DNA of 64,000 bases from Alkalispirochaeta sp. (GCA_965601925.1 OZ271854.1:2656001-2720000), one strand, 5' to 3'. Shown: positions 18,219 to 28,287, numbered from the stretch's first letter. The notes: generated by a model not told the origin, from the sequence alone. Made by a program: numbers and translations.

Positions 18219-19775
18219 ATGCGTCGATATATTCCCGGGCCGATTGCGCTGACGCTGTTAAGTGTCGTCGTGATTCCGTCCGTCGCACTGCTCATGGTTC
18301 TCACCGCGCCGTTGGAGTTCGGCGAGCGTCCCTGGAACGACTTCGACGTCATGCTCGTACCGACCCGCGAGAACTATCCCGCCGTCGCGGCCGCGCGACT
18401 GCGCGAGGCCTCCTATGATGTGGTTACACTCTCCGACGCCGCGGTTTTGATCGAGGATTTCAACGGGGGTGAGACGGTGAGGTTGGATGAGATCGAGGAG
18501 CGGTTCGATCCGGTCGATCCGCGCCTCGACCCCTTCGTGCGCTCCGCCGCGGCGCTCTTTCGTACCGCCGACGGTGGCGACGAGTACGCGATTCTCTATC
18601 TCCCGCGCGACCGTTCGATCCTGTTGCAGTATGCATTCATCCGACACCTCCTCGCGGGAGTTCCCTTCCGTCTGGTGGGATGGCAGCCGATACTTCCGGC
18701 CCTCAGTGCGCTGGCCGCTTTGATCGCCCTCGGCCCCGCCTGGGGCGCCGTACGTCGTCGCCGCGTTATGACGGGGTTGGTCGTCGTACTCGCGGTGCTG
18801 TACGCATTTGCCAACGGTGTCGGCGGAACGGTGCGCGCGGTGCTGTTGGGGTTGAGCGTGATATACGCTCAGGCGCGCACCTTTGACTTGGAGCGCGAAC
18901 TATTGGTGCATCGACGGTGGCCGGGACGCGATCCCCACTCCCGTACGATCGTATGGCTTGTCGGCGTCGCCCTTGCCGTCGCAGTCGTCTCTCTGGTAAT
19001 CGAGGAGACCGCGGGGCGCACGCCGGCCGTTTTCTCCTTTCTGCTGTTTCTGGGGTGTCTCATACTGGTGTGGGCCGCGGCGGTGATGTTTCAGAACGTC
19101 CGCGTCAGGAGGAGCGAGCATCCGCTCTTCGCTCCCCGTTCGATATTACCCGACCGAGCGACCTTTCCCGGAGCCGTGTGGGCTTTCGGTATGACGGTGG
19201 TATCCCTCGCCGCGATCGCCGTCGTGTCCGACGGACAGCGTCCCCTCGACGATCTCATCGTGCCGGTGCCGGCTCACCACGCGTTGGCGCAGCAGGTGCC
19301 CAGGCAGGGGGAGGATGTCGATCGTCTATTGGAGGTGATCAGTTCCTCATCCGCGGTTGAGGAGCCGTTGTCGACGTCGGGGTTTTTGGCGCACCGGTGG
19401 TTCCAACAGTCGATGCTGTTCGGCGGAACGTTCGAGGTGCCCTCGATCGGCCAGGGAGTGACCCTCATGCGATTTCGGAGAGACCAGGGTACGCTCTCAT
19501 CGTGGCACGAGTCGATGGTGGTTTTCGATCGCCAATGGGTCCTCTCTCAGTTCGCCGAGGGTCACACCGGCGTGTACCGTCTTTTCGTCGAAGAACGCGG
19601 CGCGTTCGATATCGTTTGGGAATCCATGACGATTCCCTCGGTGACACCGGGATATGTGGTGCGTCTGATTCTGTTATTGGTCATCGCCCATCTGCCGGTC
19701 TTCGTGAGTATGCGCTTGCCGTATCGAGGCCTCCTTGATACGGTTGTGCCTGCATCAAGGAGTGAACGACCATAG
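18219..19775 (+). CDS. Hypothetical multi-pass membrane protein
   Basis: 518-aa ORF with several hydrophobic segments, lying in line between DUF212 and rnfC; no recognisable motif. Confidence 0.6.
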   Translation: MRRYIPGPIALTLLSVVVIPSVALLMVLTAPLEFGERPWNDFDVMLVPTRENYPAVAAARLREASYDVVTLSDAAVLIEDFNGGETVRLDEIEERFDPVDPRLDPFVRSAAALFRTADGGDEYAILYLPRDRSILLQYAFIRHLLAGVPFRLVGWQPILPALSALAALIALGPAWGAVRRRRVMTGLVVVLAVLYAFANGVGGTVRAVLLGLSVIYAQARTFDLERELLVHRRWPGRDPHSRTIVWLVGVALAVAVVSLVIEETAGRTPAVFSFLLFLGCLILVWAAAVMFQNVRVRRSEHPLFAPRSILPDRATFPGAVWAFGMTVVSLAAIAVVSDGQRPLDDLIVPVPAHHALAQQVPRQGEDVDRLLEVISSSSAVEEPLSTSGFLAHRWFQQSMLFGGTFEVPSIGQGVTLMRFRRDQGTLSSWHESMVVFDRQWVLSQFAEGHTGVYRLFVEERGAFDIVWESMTIPSVTPGYVVRLILLLVIAHLPVFVSMRLPYRGLLDTVVPASRSERP

Positions 19776-19777
19776 GT

Positions 19778-21073
19778 ATGATTGCATTTCCCACCGGCGG
19801 CGTAAAACCGCTCTCTCTGCAAAAGGCGCTCGAGCGCGGCTACTGGAACGCGGCGGTCCCATCGACGTGCATCGTACCCCTCCAGCAACATGTCGGGAGT
19901 CGACTCGAGGCGACCGTTAAACCGGGAGATCTGGTACGCGAAGGCATGGTTATTGCCGATAGCCCCAACCGTCTTGCAGTTCCCATTCACGCGCCGATCC
20001 CAGGCCGCGTCGTTTCCGAGGGGCGAACGGTGCTCTTCGACGGTTCGGAATCGCATTCCTTGGCAATCGAGTTGGACGGCGAGTTCGATCGGCTGGGGAA
20101 AAAACATGACGCGTTAGCGTGGGAGAATCACGATGCCAAGACGCTCCTATCATTGATTCGAGCCGGCGGTGTCGTCTGCTCTCCCCGCTCGGCCGTGCCG
20201 GTTCACCTCCATTTACAGCGACGGCGGGCGCACGCCACGCCGTGCCTCGTACTCGACTTGGCCGAGACCGAACCGTATCTAAGCGCCGACGTAGAGTTGT
20301 CCTCGGTGGAACCGCGGGCCGTTCTCGAAGGGTTGCGCATCGTCGCCCGCATAGTGGATGCGCGAGCGGTGTGTATCGTGGCGAGTCGCGACCACGACCA
20401 CGCCGTAAAGGCGTTACGTGCCGGCTCAGGCCGCGATTTCCCCCGTGTTCACCGTGTTGCGCATCGTTATCCCGCCAATACGACGCGTGAGTTTCGCCGA
20501 CGGCTCGGGCTTCCTGTCGAGGGTGAAGACGGCGATCTGGTAGTCGTTTCTCCGTCGACGGCGTTCGGCGTCTACGAGGCGGTCGTCTATCGCAAGCCGC
20601 AGATCGATCGGGTCGTTGCAGTGGGCGGCGGTGCGGTAAAGCGGCCGGCACATGTTCGTGTACGTATCGGCACCGCGATCGCCGATGTGATCGAGGAGTG
20701 CGGCGGGCTCCTCGCGACGCCGGAACGTATCGTCGCCGGCGGCACACTGACCGGCCGCCTCGTCTCCAACATCAATGCACCCGTCACAAAAACCACCGCC
20801 GCAATCGTCGCCCTCACCGCGGAAGAGATCAACTCCGGACCCGAGGAACCGTGCGTCTCATGCGGTGCGTGCGTACGTGCGTGCCCGGTCGCGTTGAGTC
20901 CCCTCTTTCTCAACGCCGCAGTGCTCGACGGTCGAGGCGGCGAGGCCGCCTCGGCCGGCATCCACGATTGTATCGAGTGCGGCCTGTGCGCCCACGTCTG
21001 CCCCTCGCGCATTCCTCTATTGGACCGCATGCGCGAGGGTAAGGCGAGGACACTCCGGAGCCGGGTCGTATGA
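19778..21073 (+). CDS. rnfC: RnfC/RsxC-like subunit (divergent)
   Basis: 'VPLQQHVG', 'PIHAPIPG.V', 'EPYLS.D', 'RYP', SLBB-like 'VRIGT.I.DVI..CGG'; two 4Fe-4S motifs CVSCGACVRACP and CIECGLCAHVCPS. Confidence 0.8.
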   Translation: MIAFPTGGVKPLSLQKALERGYWNAAVPSTCIVPLQQHVGSRLEATVKPGDLVREGMVIADSPNRLAVPIHAPIPGRVVSEGRTVLFDGSESHSLAIELDGEFDRLGKKHDALAWENHDAKTLLSLIRAGGVVCSPRSAVPVHLHLQRRRAHATPCLVLDLAETEPYLSADVELSSVEPRAVLEGLRIVARIVDARAVCIVASRDHDHAVKALRAGSGRDFPRVHRVAHRYPANTTREFRRRLGLPVEGEDGDLVVVSPSTAFGVYEAVVYRKPQIDRVVAVGGGAVKRPAHVRVRIGTAIADVIEECGGLLATPERIVAGGTLTGRLVSNINAPVTKTTAAIVALTAEEINSGPEEPCVSCGACVRACPVALSPLFLNAAVLDGRGGEAASAGIHDCIECGLCAHVCPSRIPLLDRMREGKARTLRSRVV

Positions 21074-22020
21074 CGACGCTCGTCGATCCGTCGCATCCGC
21101 ACAGCTTCCGTATGTTGACCGTCGGGGGCGTATATCTGCGTCTCTCGATCGCGTTGGTGTTTCCCGTCGCCGTCGGCGCGCTGCGAACCGGCATGTCGGC
21201 GCTCCCATTGATCGTTGCCGGTCTTTTGGGGGCGCTCTTGGCCGAGAACACCGTCGGGATCGTATGGAATCGTCCCGGGTCGGGTCAGGGGGTGCGTAAC
21301 GGCCGTGCGCTGTATTACGGGCTGCTCGTCGTCGCGCTGTCGCCGGTCGGTATCACCCCTTCGGTCGTCGCGACCGCGGCGGCCGTCACGGTTCTCGTCG
21401 GTATATGGCTTCCCGGGGGACCGGGCGCCTACTGGTTGCATCCGGCATTGGTCGGACTGGCGTTCATTCCCGTCTTTCACGACGGCGGATCTTGGAGCGG
21501 TCCCGGCGAAACCGTTCCTGCGATGCTCGCCGCCTTCGAGTCCGGTGCCTTCTTTCAGACGTTGCAGAGCCGCCTCTTTATCCCGTTGGGCATGCGAGTT
21601 CCTCCCGAGGCGCTTCTGGCGATCGTCGGGTTGGACGGGGGCGCCGGTGTCGGCCTGACGGCGGGGCTGTTGGTACCGCTTCTCGCCTCCGCGCTTGTCG
21701 TTTTCGGTGAGGATCTGGTACCGGTCGTGCTTCCGATTACCTACTTTATCGGATTCGTCTTGTGTGTTCGGTTGGTTGGGGGCAACGTCGTGTCCGCAAT
21801 GCTGTGGAGCAACGTCCCGCTCGTCGGACTCGTCGGCCTCGCCGACCCGGGCATACGGCCGGCCAAGATTTGGGCGATCGCCCTCTTCGGTGTTTTGGCG
21901 GGATCGTGTACGGGTCTCCTTACGGCGTGGAACGGTGCCGCCATGCCCGCGGTAGTGGGGTTGCTGGTCGTCGGCACATTCAGGCCGCTTTTGGACTCGG
22001 TGAGTACGCGGCAAGCATGA
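21070..22020 (+). CDS. rnfD: RnfD-like membrane subunit (divergent)
   Basis: Follows rnfC; 'PH.....TV..VY....IAL', 'ALYYGLL..ALSP', 'GG.G..WLHPALVG', 'ADP'. Confidence 0.65.
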   Translation: MTTLVDPSHPHSFRMLTVGGVYLRLSIALVFPVAVGALRTGMSALPLIVAGLLGALLAENTVGIVWNRPGSGQGVRNGRALYYGLLVVALSPVGITPSVVATAAAVTVLVGIWLPGGPGAYWLHPALVGLAFIPVFHDGGSWSGPGETVPAMLAAFESGAFFQTLQSRLFIPLGMRVPPEALLAIVGLDGGAGVGLTAGLLVPLLASALVVFGEDLVPVVLPITYFIGFVLCVRLVGGNVVSAMLWSNVPLVGLVGLADPGIRPAKIWAIALFGVLAGSCTGLLTAWNGAAMPAVVGLLVVGTFRPLLDSVSTRQA

Positions 22021-22532
22021 ACCATACATGGACCGTTGTCGCCAAAGTCGGCGGCGTAGTGATCGTTGCAATCGTTCTGATTCTCGGGGTCGAGATGCTC
22101 CTCACCCCAGCCTCGGTTGCGGCCGAGCGAGAGACTCGGCGTGGGGAGCTCGCCGCCGTGTCGGGCTCGTACACCGTCGGCGCGGTCGTCTCTTTCGATA
22201 CGGCCGGTGAATCGTTTACCGTGTGGCCGCTTCTCGACGATGAGGAACGTACGACCGCGGTGATCGTTACGGTGGAAGAGGCCGGATATCGGTCGCGCCT
22301 GCGGCTCCTCGTCACCGTGGATCGCCTACTCGAGATTACGGCGTTCTCGATTCCCGAACGGTTCGAATCGCCTTCGGTGGAGCTGGTACTCGCGCGCCCC
22401 GCGATTTCGGCACGCATGGCGCAGGGCGAGATCGACGGTTTGAGCGGTGCCACCATCACCGCCGAGGCGATCGATCGCGCGCTCGATAGAGCTCGTTCGG
22501 TTGCCGGATCGTTCTTTCGGGAGGTGCCGTGA
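22017..22532 (+). CDS. rnfG: RnfG-like FMN-binding protein
   Basis: N-terminal anchor, 'GY', flavinylation motif 'IDGLSGATIT'; ATGA overlap with rnfD. Confidence 0.75.
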   Translation: MNHTWTVVAKVGGVVIVAIVLILGVEMLLTPASVAAERETRRGELAAVSGSYTVGAVVSFDTAGESFTVWPLLDDEERTTAVIVTVEEAGYRSRLRLLVTVDRLLEITAFSIPERFESPSVELVLARPAISARMAQGEIDGLSGATITAEAIDRALDRARSVAGSFFREVP

Positions 22533-23101
22533 AACGCTTTGGACGGCAGTTGCTGTCTCGTAATCCGGTGTGGGTTGTGCCCTTGGCGCTTCCCATTGCG
22601 CTGTTCGCGAGTCAAACGGTGGAGCTCGCCGGCCTTTTTGCCGTACTCGTACTCGTTGTGGTGCCGGTCGCCCACGGTGTGTCGTACTTTGTCGAGGCGT
22701 GGCTCCCGCGATACCTGCGGCTCGTTGCTGTGTTAATCGTGACATCGACGGTCGTCGCCGTCGTGGAGATGGTTCTCCAACTGGTCGGATGGGGGCTTGC
22801 GGGACGCCCGCTCTACATGATGCGCGCGATCACCGTCTCCGGGCTTGTCGTCTGGCCGACCGCGGCCGCGCCGCGAGACGAGCGATTCGCCGATCGGATT
22901 GCAGTCTCGATCGGTCTGGCCGTCGGATTCGTGATCGGATTCGTACCCCTCGCGGCGGTGCGCATACTCTTCATACGAGGCGGGTATCGGCCCGCCGATT
23001 CGGTGTTCATGGGATTTTTGCTTCTCGCGGTAGGCAAAATAATCATCAATGTGTACCGACGCCTCGCATATGATCGGAGTGGAAGGACTCTCAGTCCATG
23101 A
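22529..23101 (+). CDS. rnfE: RnfE-like membrane subunit (no cysteines)
   Basis: Operon position; 'NPV', 'P..LR...LI....V..VEM.LQ', 'GF......AVR'. Confidence 0.6.
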   Translation: MKRFGRQLLSRNPVWVVPLALPIALFASQTVELAGLFAVLVLVVVPVAHGVSYFVEAWLPRYLRLVAVLIVTSTVVAVVEMVLQLVGWGLAGRPLYMMRAITVSGLVVWPTAAAPRDERFADRIAVSIGLAVGFVIGFVPLAAVRILFIRGGYRPADSVFMGFLLLAVGKIIINVYRRLAYDRSGRTLSP

Positions 23102-23694
23102 GTACGATCGCGCTGGTTCTCACGGTAGCCCTCGCCCAAAACGTAATTCTCGTCCACTATCTCGGTGTCGGTCAGTTACCGGCGGTCGTGTTTCGTCCGC
23201 GTCGCGCGGCGATCGTTTCGGCCGTTCTGACTCTTGCGCTCGTGTGGGTGGCGTTGATCTATTGGACGGTATACCGATTCATACTATTTCCGCTCCGGCT
23301 CCCCGTTCTCGTTACGCCGACCTTGGCGATCATCATCGGAGTGTCGACCCTGTTTAGTATCCGAATCGCGACCTACCTTCTGCCGTATCGCCGGCGCGCG
23401 ATCGTCCAGGTGGTGCCCGTTGCACTCGTGAATACTACCGTCTTTGTCGTCACCATGGCGTTGGTCGATCGCGTTGCGCCGTTGTGGCAGGTCCTAATCG
23501 CCGCACTTGCGGCCGGTGCGGGAGCGTTTCTCGCCCTCGTCCCCCTTGCGGCCATACGCGCCGAATCCCGAAACCGTAGAATCCCCGAGGCACTTCGCGG
23601 CGACGCGTCGGTCTATCTGGGGGCGGCTTTCATGGCGTTGGCGATTCAGCAGATCGATCGATTGTTGCATACCTTTTTCGTACCCCTCTATTGA
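23098..23694 (+). CDS. rnfA: RnfA-like membrane subunit (no cysteines)
   Basis: 'QNVILVHYLG', 'LVN', 'A..AG.G..LALV..AAIR......IPEALRG.....A.FMALA'. Confidence 0.65.
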   Translation: MSTIALVLTVALAQNVILVHYLGVGQLPAVVFRPRRAAIVSAVLTLALVWVALIYWTVYRFILFPLRLPVLVTPTLAIIIGVSTLFSIRIATYLLPYRRRAIVQVVPVALVNTTVFVVTMALVDRVAPLWQVLIAALAAGAGAFLALVPLAAIRAESRNRRIPEALRGDASVYLGAAFMALAIQQIDRLLHTFFVPLY

Positions 23695-23762
23695 CGGCAC
23701 GGTGGGTGGCGCCGTATACGCCGGATTAATGCCGGTAGGGAGGGGACGCGCGACCGGGAGAG

Positions 23763-23771
23763 TGTTACAAT
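23763..23771 (+). promoter_or_regulatory. Extended -10 element, leaderless-type start of the dehydrogenase gene
   Basis: TG-T-TACAAT, then 7 nt, then ATG 23779; no Shine-Dalgarno in between. Confidence 0.55.
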
Positions 23772-23778
23772 ATGCGCC

Positions 23779-24744
23779 ATGACAATAGCGGTTATCGAGC
23801 CCCTTGGGCTTCCCCGGAACGTGTTGGAGGACCATTTTCGCTCTCTTGCCGAAAGCGGTCATCGGATCATTTACTATGACGATCGACCGACGTCCTCCGC
23901 GGAGACGATTCGTCGTCTCGACGGTGTCGACGGTGCGGTTATCGCCAATCTGCCCTTTCCGCGCGAAGTGATCGAAGCGGCCCAGTCGCTCCGATTTCTC
24001 TCCGTCGCCTTCACCGGTGTCAATCATATCGACACCGACGCGTGTCGGGAGCGGGGGATCGGCGTCTCCAACGCCGCCGGATTCTCCACCGAAAGCGTTG
24101 CCGAGTTGACGGTAGCCGTCATTATATCCCTGTTGCGGTCGATCGTGCCCGGTGACGCGGCGTTGCGCTCCGGCGGGACCAACGCAGGACTGTTCGGAAG
24201 GGAGTTACACGGCAAGACGGTCGGGATAATCGGGACCGGCGCCATCGGCCGCTACGTCGCGCGACTCCTCTCGGCGTTCGGCGTGCGCCTTTTGGGGTAC
24301 AACCGGACGCAGTATCCGGAGATGGTCGAGATAGGCATGCAGTATCTATCTCTGGAAGCGCTCCTTGCCGCGAGTGATATCGTGACGCTCCACGTGCCGC
24401 TTACCGACCAGACGCGCGATTTGATCTCCGGCGAGCGTATCGCCGAGATGAAGCACGGCGCCTATCTCGTCAACATGGCGCGCGGGGCGGTGGTAGACAG
24501 CGCCGGGCTCGCCGCGGCGTTGAAGGATGGGCGCCTCGCCGGCGCCGGTATCGATGTGTACGAGACCGAACCGCCGATCGATCCCGCCCATCCCCTTTTG
24601 AGCGCTCCCAATACGGTGTTGCTGCCTCACGTCGCTTTCGGAACGAGGGAGAGCTTCGAAAAACGCGCGGCCGTCGTCGTGGAAAATCTTCATTCGTGGA
24701 TCGATCGCGCACAAAAGCGAGTTATCGTTCCCTTCGACGATTAA
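23779..24744 (+). CDS. D-isomer-specific 2-hydroxyacid dehydrogenase
   Basis: 'VSNAAG.STESVAE', 'GKTVGIIGTGAIG', 'DIVTLHVPL', 'LVNMARG.VVD', 'DVYETEPP', 'LPHVA'. Confidence 0.92.
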   Translation: MTIAVIEPLGLPRNVLEDHFRSLAESGHRIIYYDDRPTSSAETIRRLDGVDGAVIANLPFPREVIEAAQSLRFLSVAFTGVNHIDTDACRERGIGVSNAAGFSTESVAELTVAVIISLLRSIVPGDAALRSGGTNAGLFGRELHGKTVGIIGTGAIGRYVARLLSAFGVRLLGYNRTQYPEMVEIGMQYLSLEALLAASDIVTLHVPLTDQTRDLISGERIAEMKHGAYLVNMARGAVVDSAGLAAALKDGRLAGAGIDVYETEPPIDPAHPLLSAPNTVLLPHVAFGTRESFEKRAAVVVENLHSWIDRAQKRVIVPFDD

Positions 24745-24758
24745 CGATGTTAGCCGTC

Positions 24759-24793
24759 TCACCGTTACGCTCCACCGACGAGCGTAACGGTGA
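24759..24793. terminator. Perfect 14-bp stem-loop (terminator-like or RNA-stabilising hairpin)
   Basis: TCACCGTTACGCTC-caccgac-GAGCGTAACGGTGA, 14 nt after the dehydrogenase stop; no U-tract. Confidence 0.5.
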
Positions 24794-24900
24794 CGCGCGG
24801 TCGCGTAATTCCTCGTCGGTGGTGATACAGTATTTCTAAGGCGAGACCGCCTCTCGGGCCTTGCGGTGCGTACAGGGGGAGGTTAGACTTCGGTCAGCAC

Positions 24901-26988
24901 ATGAGTTCGATCCATCTCATCCTCGGGTCTCACAATAGCCAGCCGTTGGATCTGCTCGACAATGACCGCGCGGCGTTGTACGAGCGCTCCTACAAACCGT
25001 TCCTGAAGCTGCTTTACAACCACGAGGATATAAAGTTTACGCTCTACTACTCCGGGCTGCTTATCGAATGGCTGGAAAAACACCATTCCGAGTTTGTCGA
25101 TGTGCTCACCGAGATGGTCAAGCGCAGACAGGTGGAGCTTTTGGGCGGTGCATTCTTCGAGCCGCTGTTACCGCTCATCCCGCGCACCGATCGTATCGGG
25201 CAGATCGAGCGCCTTACCACTCATATTCGTAAGTGTTTCGGGCGTAGGCCGCGGGGAGCGTGGATTCCCGAAAGTATCTGGGATCAGCGTATTGCCGGTA
25301 ATCTCAACGCAGGCGGCATCGAGTACGCTTTTTTGCGCGACTCCGCGTTTCGTATTGACTGCACCGAAGGGGTGTGGGCACAGCACCCGACGGCGACGAG
25401 TTCGTCGAAGCGGGGCCCCAAAAAAAAACGCCCGGTAAAGGCGTCTCAGTATCGTCCGGTCCTTACCGAGGATCAGGGGAAGACGCTGGCGCTCTTTCCG
25501 TTGGCGTGGGACCTCACCTCGCGAATGTTCGTCGATACTCCCGAGACAATTATCGCGGAGATCAAGGATATGGCCGAAGAGGCCGCTTCGACGGCCGATG
25601 TACCGGGCGGCGAACGTAGGGGCGACCGCTCTCCCGTGGTCTCGTTGATCTTCGACGGCAGCCGGATGGGATACGACACCGAACATACACGAGCCGGAAT
25701 CGAGTGGTATGATCGCTTTCTCGACCTGGTGACGCAGAATCGCGACTGGATTTCCGTCGGCATTCCCAATCGTATCGTGCGCACCGCCCGCTCTCGCGAA
25801 CGGCGCTACGCCCCCGCGAGCTCTCTCGGCGGGCTCATGGACTGGCTCACGACGTTCGTACCGACACACGAAATGCGGCAACGCGACGCGTGGTTGAGTT
25901 TTCGGTCGATTATGGAAGAGTACCCCGAGAGTTCGCGACTGTATGCCCGCATGCAGCATACCCACGTGTTGGTCAATCAAGTGCGCGGCGATAAGTACCG
26001 CAAGATGACCGCCCGTGAGGAGCTATGGCGAGGCCAGAGCCACTACGCCTACTGGCACAATCGCACCGGAGGCATCTACCGCTCGAGTCTGCGCAAGGCG
26101 ACCTACGCGGCGCTGATCGAGGCGGAGAAGACGACGCGGGAGCGGGGAATCTTCATTCCCGCCCTGTCGCGGTTGGATGTGGATCTCGACGGGGAGGAGG
26201 AGATCCTCTACCAGGGTAACGAGATCAACGCGTACGTCGACCGCGCCGGGGCCAGGCTTTTCGAACTGGATCACGTGTCGCGCAACTGGAATTATCTCGA
26301 CACGTTAGAACGCCGTCCCGAACCGTTTCACGATACCGCGACGGTCGAGTACGGCTACGACCGCTGGCCGCGCTCCGCCTTTGTCGACCATTTGCTGCAG
26401 CCGGGGCACGCCATGGCTCCGTTTGCCCGCGGTGAGGCCGACGAGTTGTACGAACTCGCCATGCTCGACTACGAAATAGACAATCTAGACAAGGAGCACA
26501 ACAGCGTAAGCTTTGCCGGTGTCTGCCGCGACGCCGACTCATTCGGCGAGTTGACGATCCGCAAAACATTTCGCTTTGTGAAGAGTCGCATCGACGTCTC
26601 CTATGAGCTCGTGAACACCGGCATGGAGCGTCTGCACGCCGATTTCGCCACCGAGATCAACCTCTCATTCCACTCCCTGGAGGTCGGCAAACTGAGACTC
26701 CATCTGAGACAGGGACGGACGCGTCGCGAGTTGCCGCCCGATCCCGTCGAGACGGACGCCATCTCCGATCTCCAATTTTTGGACCTTCACAACGGGACGG
26801 TCGTTACCGTAAATCCCGTCGACCGTCCCGACTTGTGGTGTTATCCCGTCGAGGCGGTCGGCATTCTATCGGATCGTCCCCACTGGTTTTACCAGTCCAA
26901 CTGTGCGGTCCTCAGGTGGCCGTTGGATCTCGGTCCGGGCGATAATCGCACCGTTTCGGTCTCGTTGCGTATCGAGAACGCCAAGTAG
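24901..26988 (+). CDS. GH57 alpha-amylase/4-alpha-glucanotransferase family protein
   Basis: 'HNSQP', 'YERSYKPFL', 'ELLGGAFFEP', 'RGAWIPE' (nucleophile), 'FDG', 'YPES..LYARM', 'GQS..AYWH...GGIY', C-terminal beta-sandwich. Confidence 0.85.
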   Translation: MSSIHLILGSHNSQPLDLLDNDRAALYERSYKPFLKLLYNHEDIKFTLYYSGLLIEWLEKHHSEFVDVLTEMVKRRQVELLGGAFFEPLLPLIPRTDRIGQIERLTTHIRKCFGRRPRGAWIPESIWDQRIAGNLNAGGIEYAFLRDSAFRIDCTEGVWAQHPTATSSSKRGPKKKRPVKASQYRPVLTEDQGKTLALFPLAWDLTSRMFVDTPETIIAEIKDMAEEAASTADVPGGERRGDRSPVVSLIFDGSRMGYDTEHTRAGIEWYDRFLDLVTQNRDWISVGIPNRIVRTARSRERRYAPASSLGGLMDWLTTFVPTHEMRQRDAWLSFRSIMEEYPESSRLYARMQHTHVLVNQVRGDKYRKMTAREELWRGQSHYAYWHNRTGGIYRSSLRKATYAALIEAEKTTRERGIFIPALSRLDVDLDGEEEILYQGNEINAYVDRAGARLFELDHVSRNWNYLDTLERRPEPFHDTATVEYGYDRWPRSAFVDHLLQPGHAMAPFARGEADELYELAMLDYEIDNLDKEHNSVSFAGVCRDADSFGELTIRKTFRFVKSRIDVSYELVNTGMERLHADFATEINLSFHSLEVGKLRLHLRQGRTRRELPPDPVETDAISDLQFLDLHNGTVVTVNPVDRPDLWCYPVEAVGILSDRPHWFYQSNCAVLRWPLDLGPGDNRTVSVSLRIENAK

Positions 26989-27027
26989 CGGTCGCGCACG
27001 CCACGGACGAAGAGAGACGAGTAGGCG

Positions 27028-28287
27028 TTATCTACGATTCGTGAGGATGCCGTCGATCCACGGTCTGGCGACGGGGTACAAAACACCTTCCGAGGCGGCA
27101 AGGAACTCGACAAACGCCGGCTCGCTGCGGCCGTCGAGATAGAGGGATTGGCCGCGATAGAATCTCACGCGATGTTCCATCTCCGTACTTAACGGTAGCG
27201 CCAACAGATTTTCCAAGAGTGACGCGGCCTCGGCATACTCTCCGGCGGCAAACTCGCCGGTGACAATCTGCGAGAGCGTAACCGCTACGCCCTCTCCGGC
27301 CGGGTCGCGCTCCTCGATGAGGATAACCGGCTCGGGGTCGAACGTCTCCGCCGCCGGTGCGCGTTCCAAGAGCTGGTCGATGGCCCGCGCCGTGCCGACG
27401 GAGACCGGTTGAGCAAACCCGCCGAACGGAACTGCGGTGAACGCCAGACTGGCGCCGGTCTGGACGCCGCTCGCCAGTTGGAGAATGGGAAGCGGCGCGC
27501 GCCGCTTGCTTGCACGGGGGAATTGCACGGTTATGTCCATGTCAGCCGCCGGTAGGGCGATTCGTATGGGGTCGGCGAGCACATTCTCCCGTTCGTCAAA
27601 TACGATCGTACCGCGCTCGATCAGCACCTTGTCGAACACTCCGTAGTAGTATTCGACCCCCGGCACCGGGAAGTCGACGTATCGCCGATTAGCACTCTCG
27701 AACTCGTCCAACAATGTCGCTTCGGCCAACGAGGAGAGCTCGGTGAAGGGGACCGTACTGCGGTAGACGACGAGCGTCCGACCGGTACGGGAGGGGTCGA
27801 AGCGGAGGATTACCGTATTGTCCTGTACGAGCGCCTCGATGTCGTAAATACTCGTCGCGAGATCCTCTTCGGTCTCCAGGCGCGTTACCGCGACCGGACG
27901 TATCGTCTTGTTTCGAAAGGGCACGAACAGCGAGTACAGCCGACCGTCGTCCTCTGCCGCCAGCACCGCATAGAAGTAGTCGCCCTCGACCAGCGGCGTA
28001 TCCAGGTACGTTTCGACCCCGGGCTCCACCGTCGCGACGAGCGTGGCGGCCTCGAGCGTCTCTTGCGTGATCTCTTCGGTGTACCGATATACGCGGTATG
28101 AACCGCCCCCGAGATCTTCGGAGTCACGCCACGTCAAGCGTACCTGCGGGTCCCGTACCGCTACACGCAAACGAGATACAAAGGGGGCGAAAACATCGCG
28201 CTCATCCTCGTTCGGTAGATTTTGCGCCGCAACGATCGCTCCATTGAGGCTCCATAATATCGCAAATATCAAAACCAAACGTCGCAT
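27028..28287 (-). CDS. Exported hypothetical protein (FN3-like domains, C-terminal TPR-like helices)
   Basis: GGAGG RBS before ATG 28287; signal peptide; 'LTW.DS......YRVYR', 'Y.D.P...G.Y.YAV'. Confidence 0.65.
   Translation of the reverse strand: MRRLVLIFAILWSLNGAIVAAQNLPNEDERDVFAPFVSRLRVAVRDPQVRLTWRDSEDLGGGSYRVYRYTEEITQETLEAATLVATVEPGVETYLDTPLVEGDYFYAVLAAEDDGRLYSLFVPFRNKTIRPVAVTRLETEEDLATSIYDIEALVQDNTVILRFDPSRTGRTLVVYRSTVPFTELSSLAEATLLDEFESANRRYVDFPVPGVEYYYGVFDKVLIERGTIVFDERENVLADPIRIALPAADMDITVQFPRASKRRAPLPILQLASGVQTGASLAFTAVPFGGFAQPVSVGTARAIDQLLERAPAAETFDPEPVILIEERDPAGEGVAVTLSQIVTGEFAAGEYAEAASLLENLLALPLSTEMEHRVRFYRGQSLYLDGRSEPAFVEFLAASEGVLYPVARPWIDGILTNRR

Noticed and set aside
25420..25428. 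A9 run inside the GH57 gene as a phase-variation or frameshift site
   Set aside because: The frame stays intact through the run (PKKKR); no evidence of switching.
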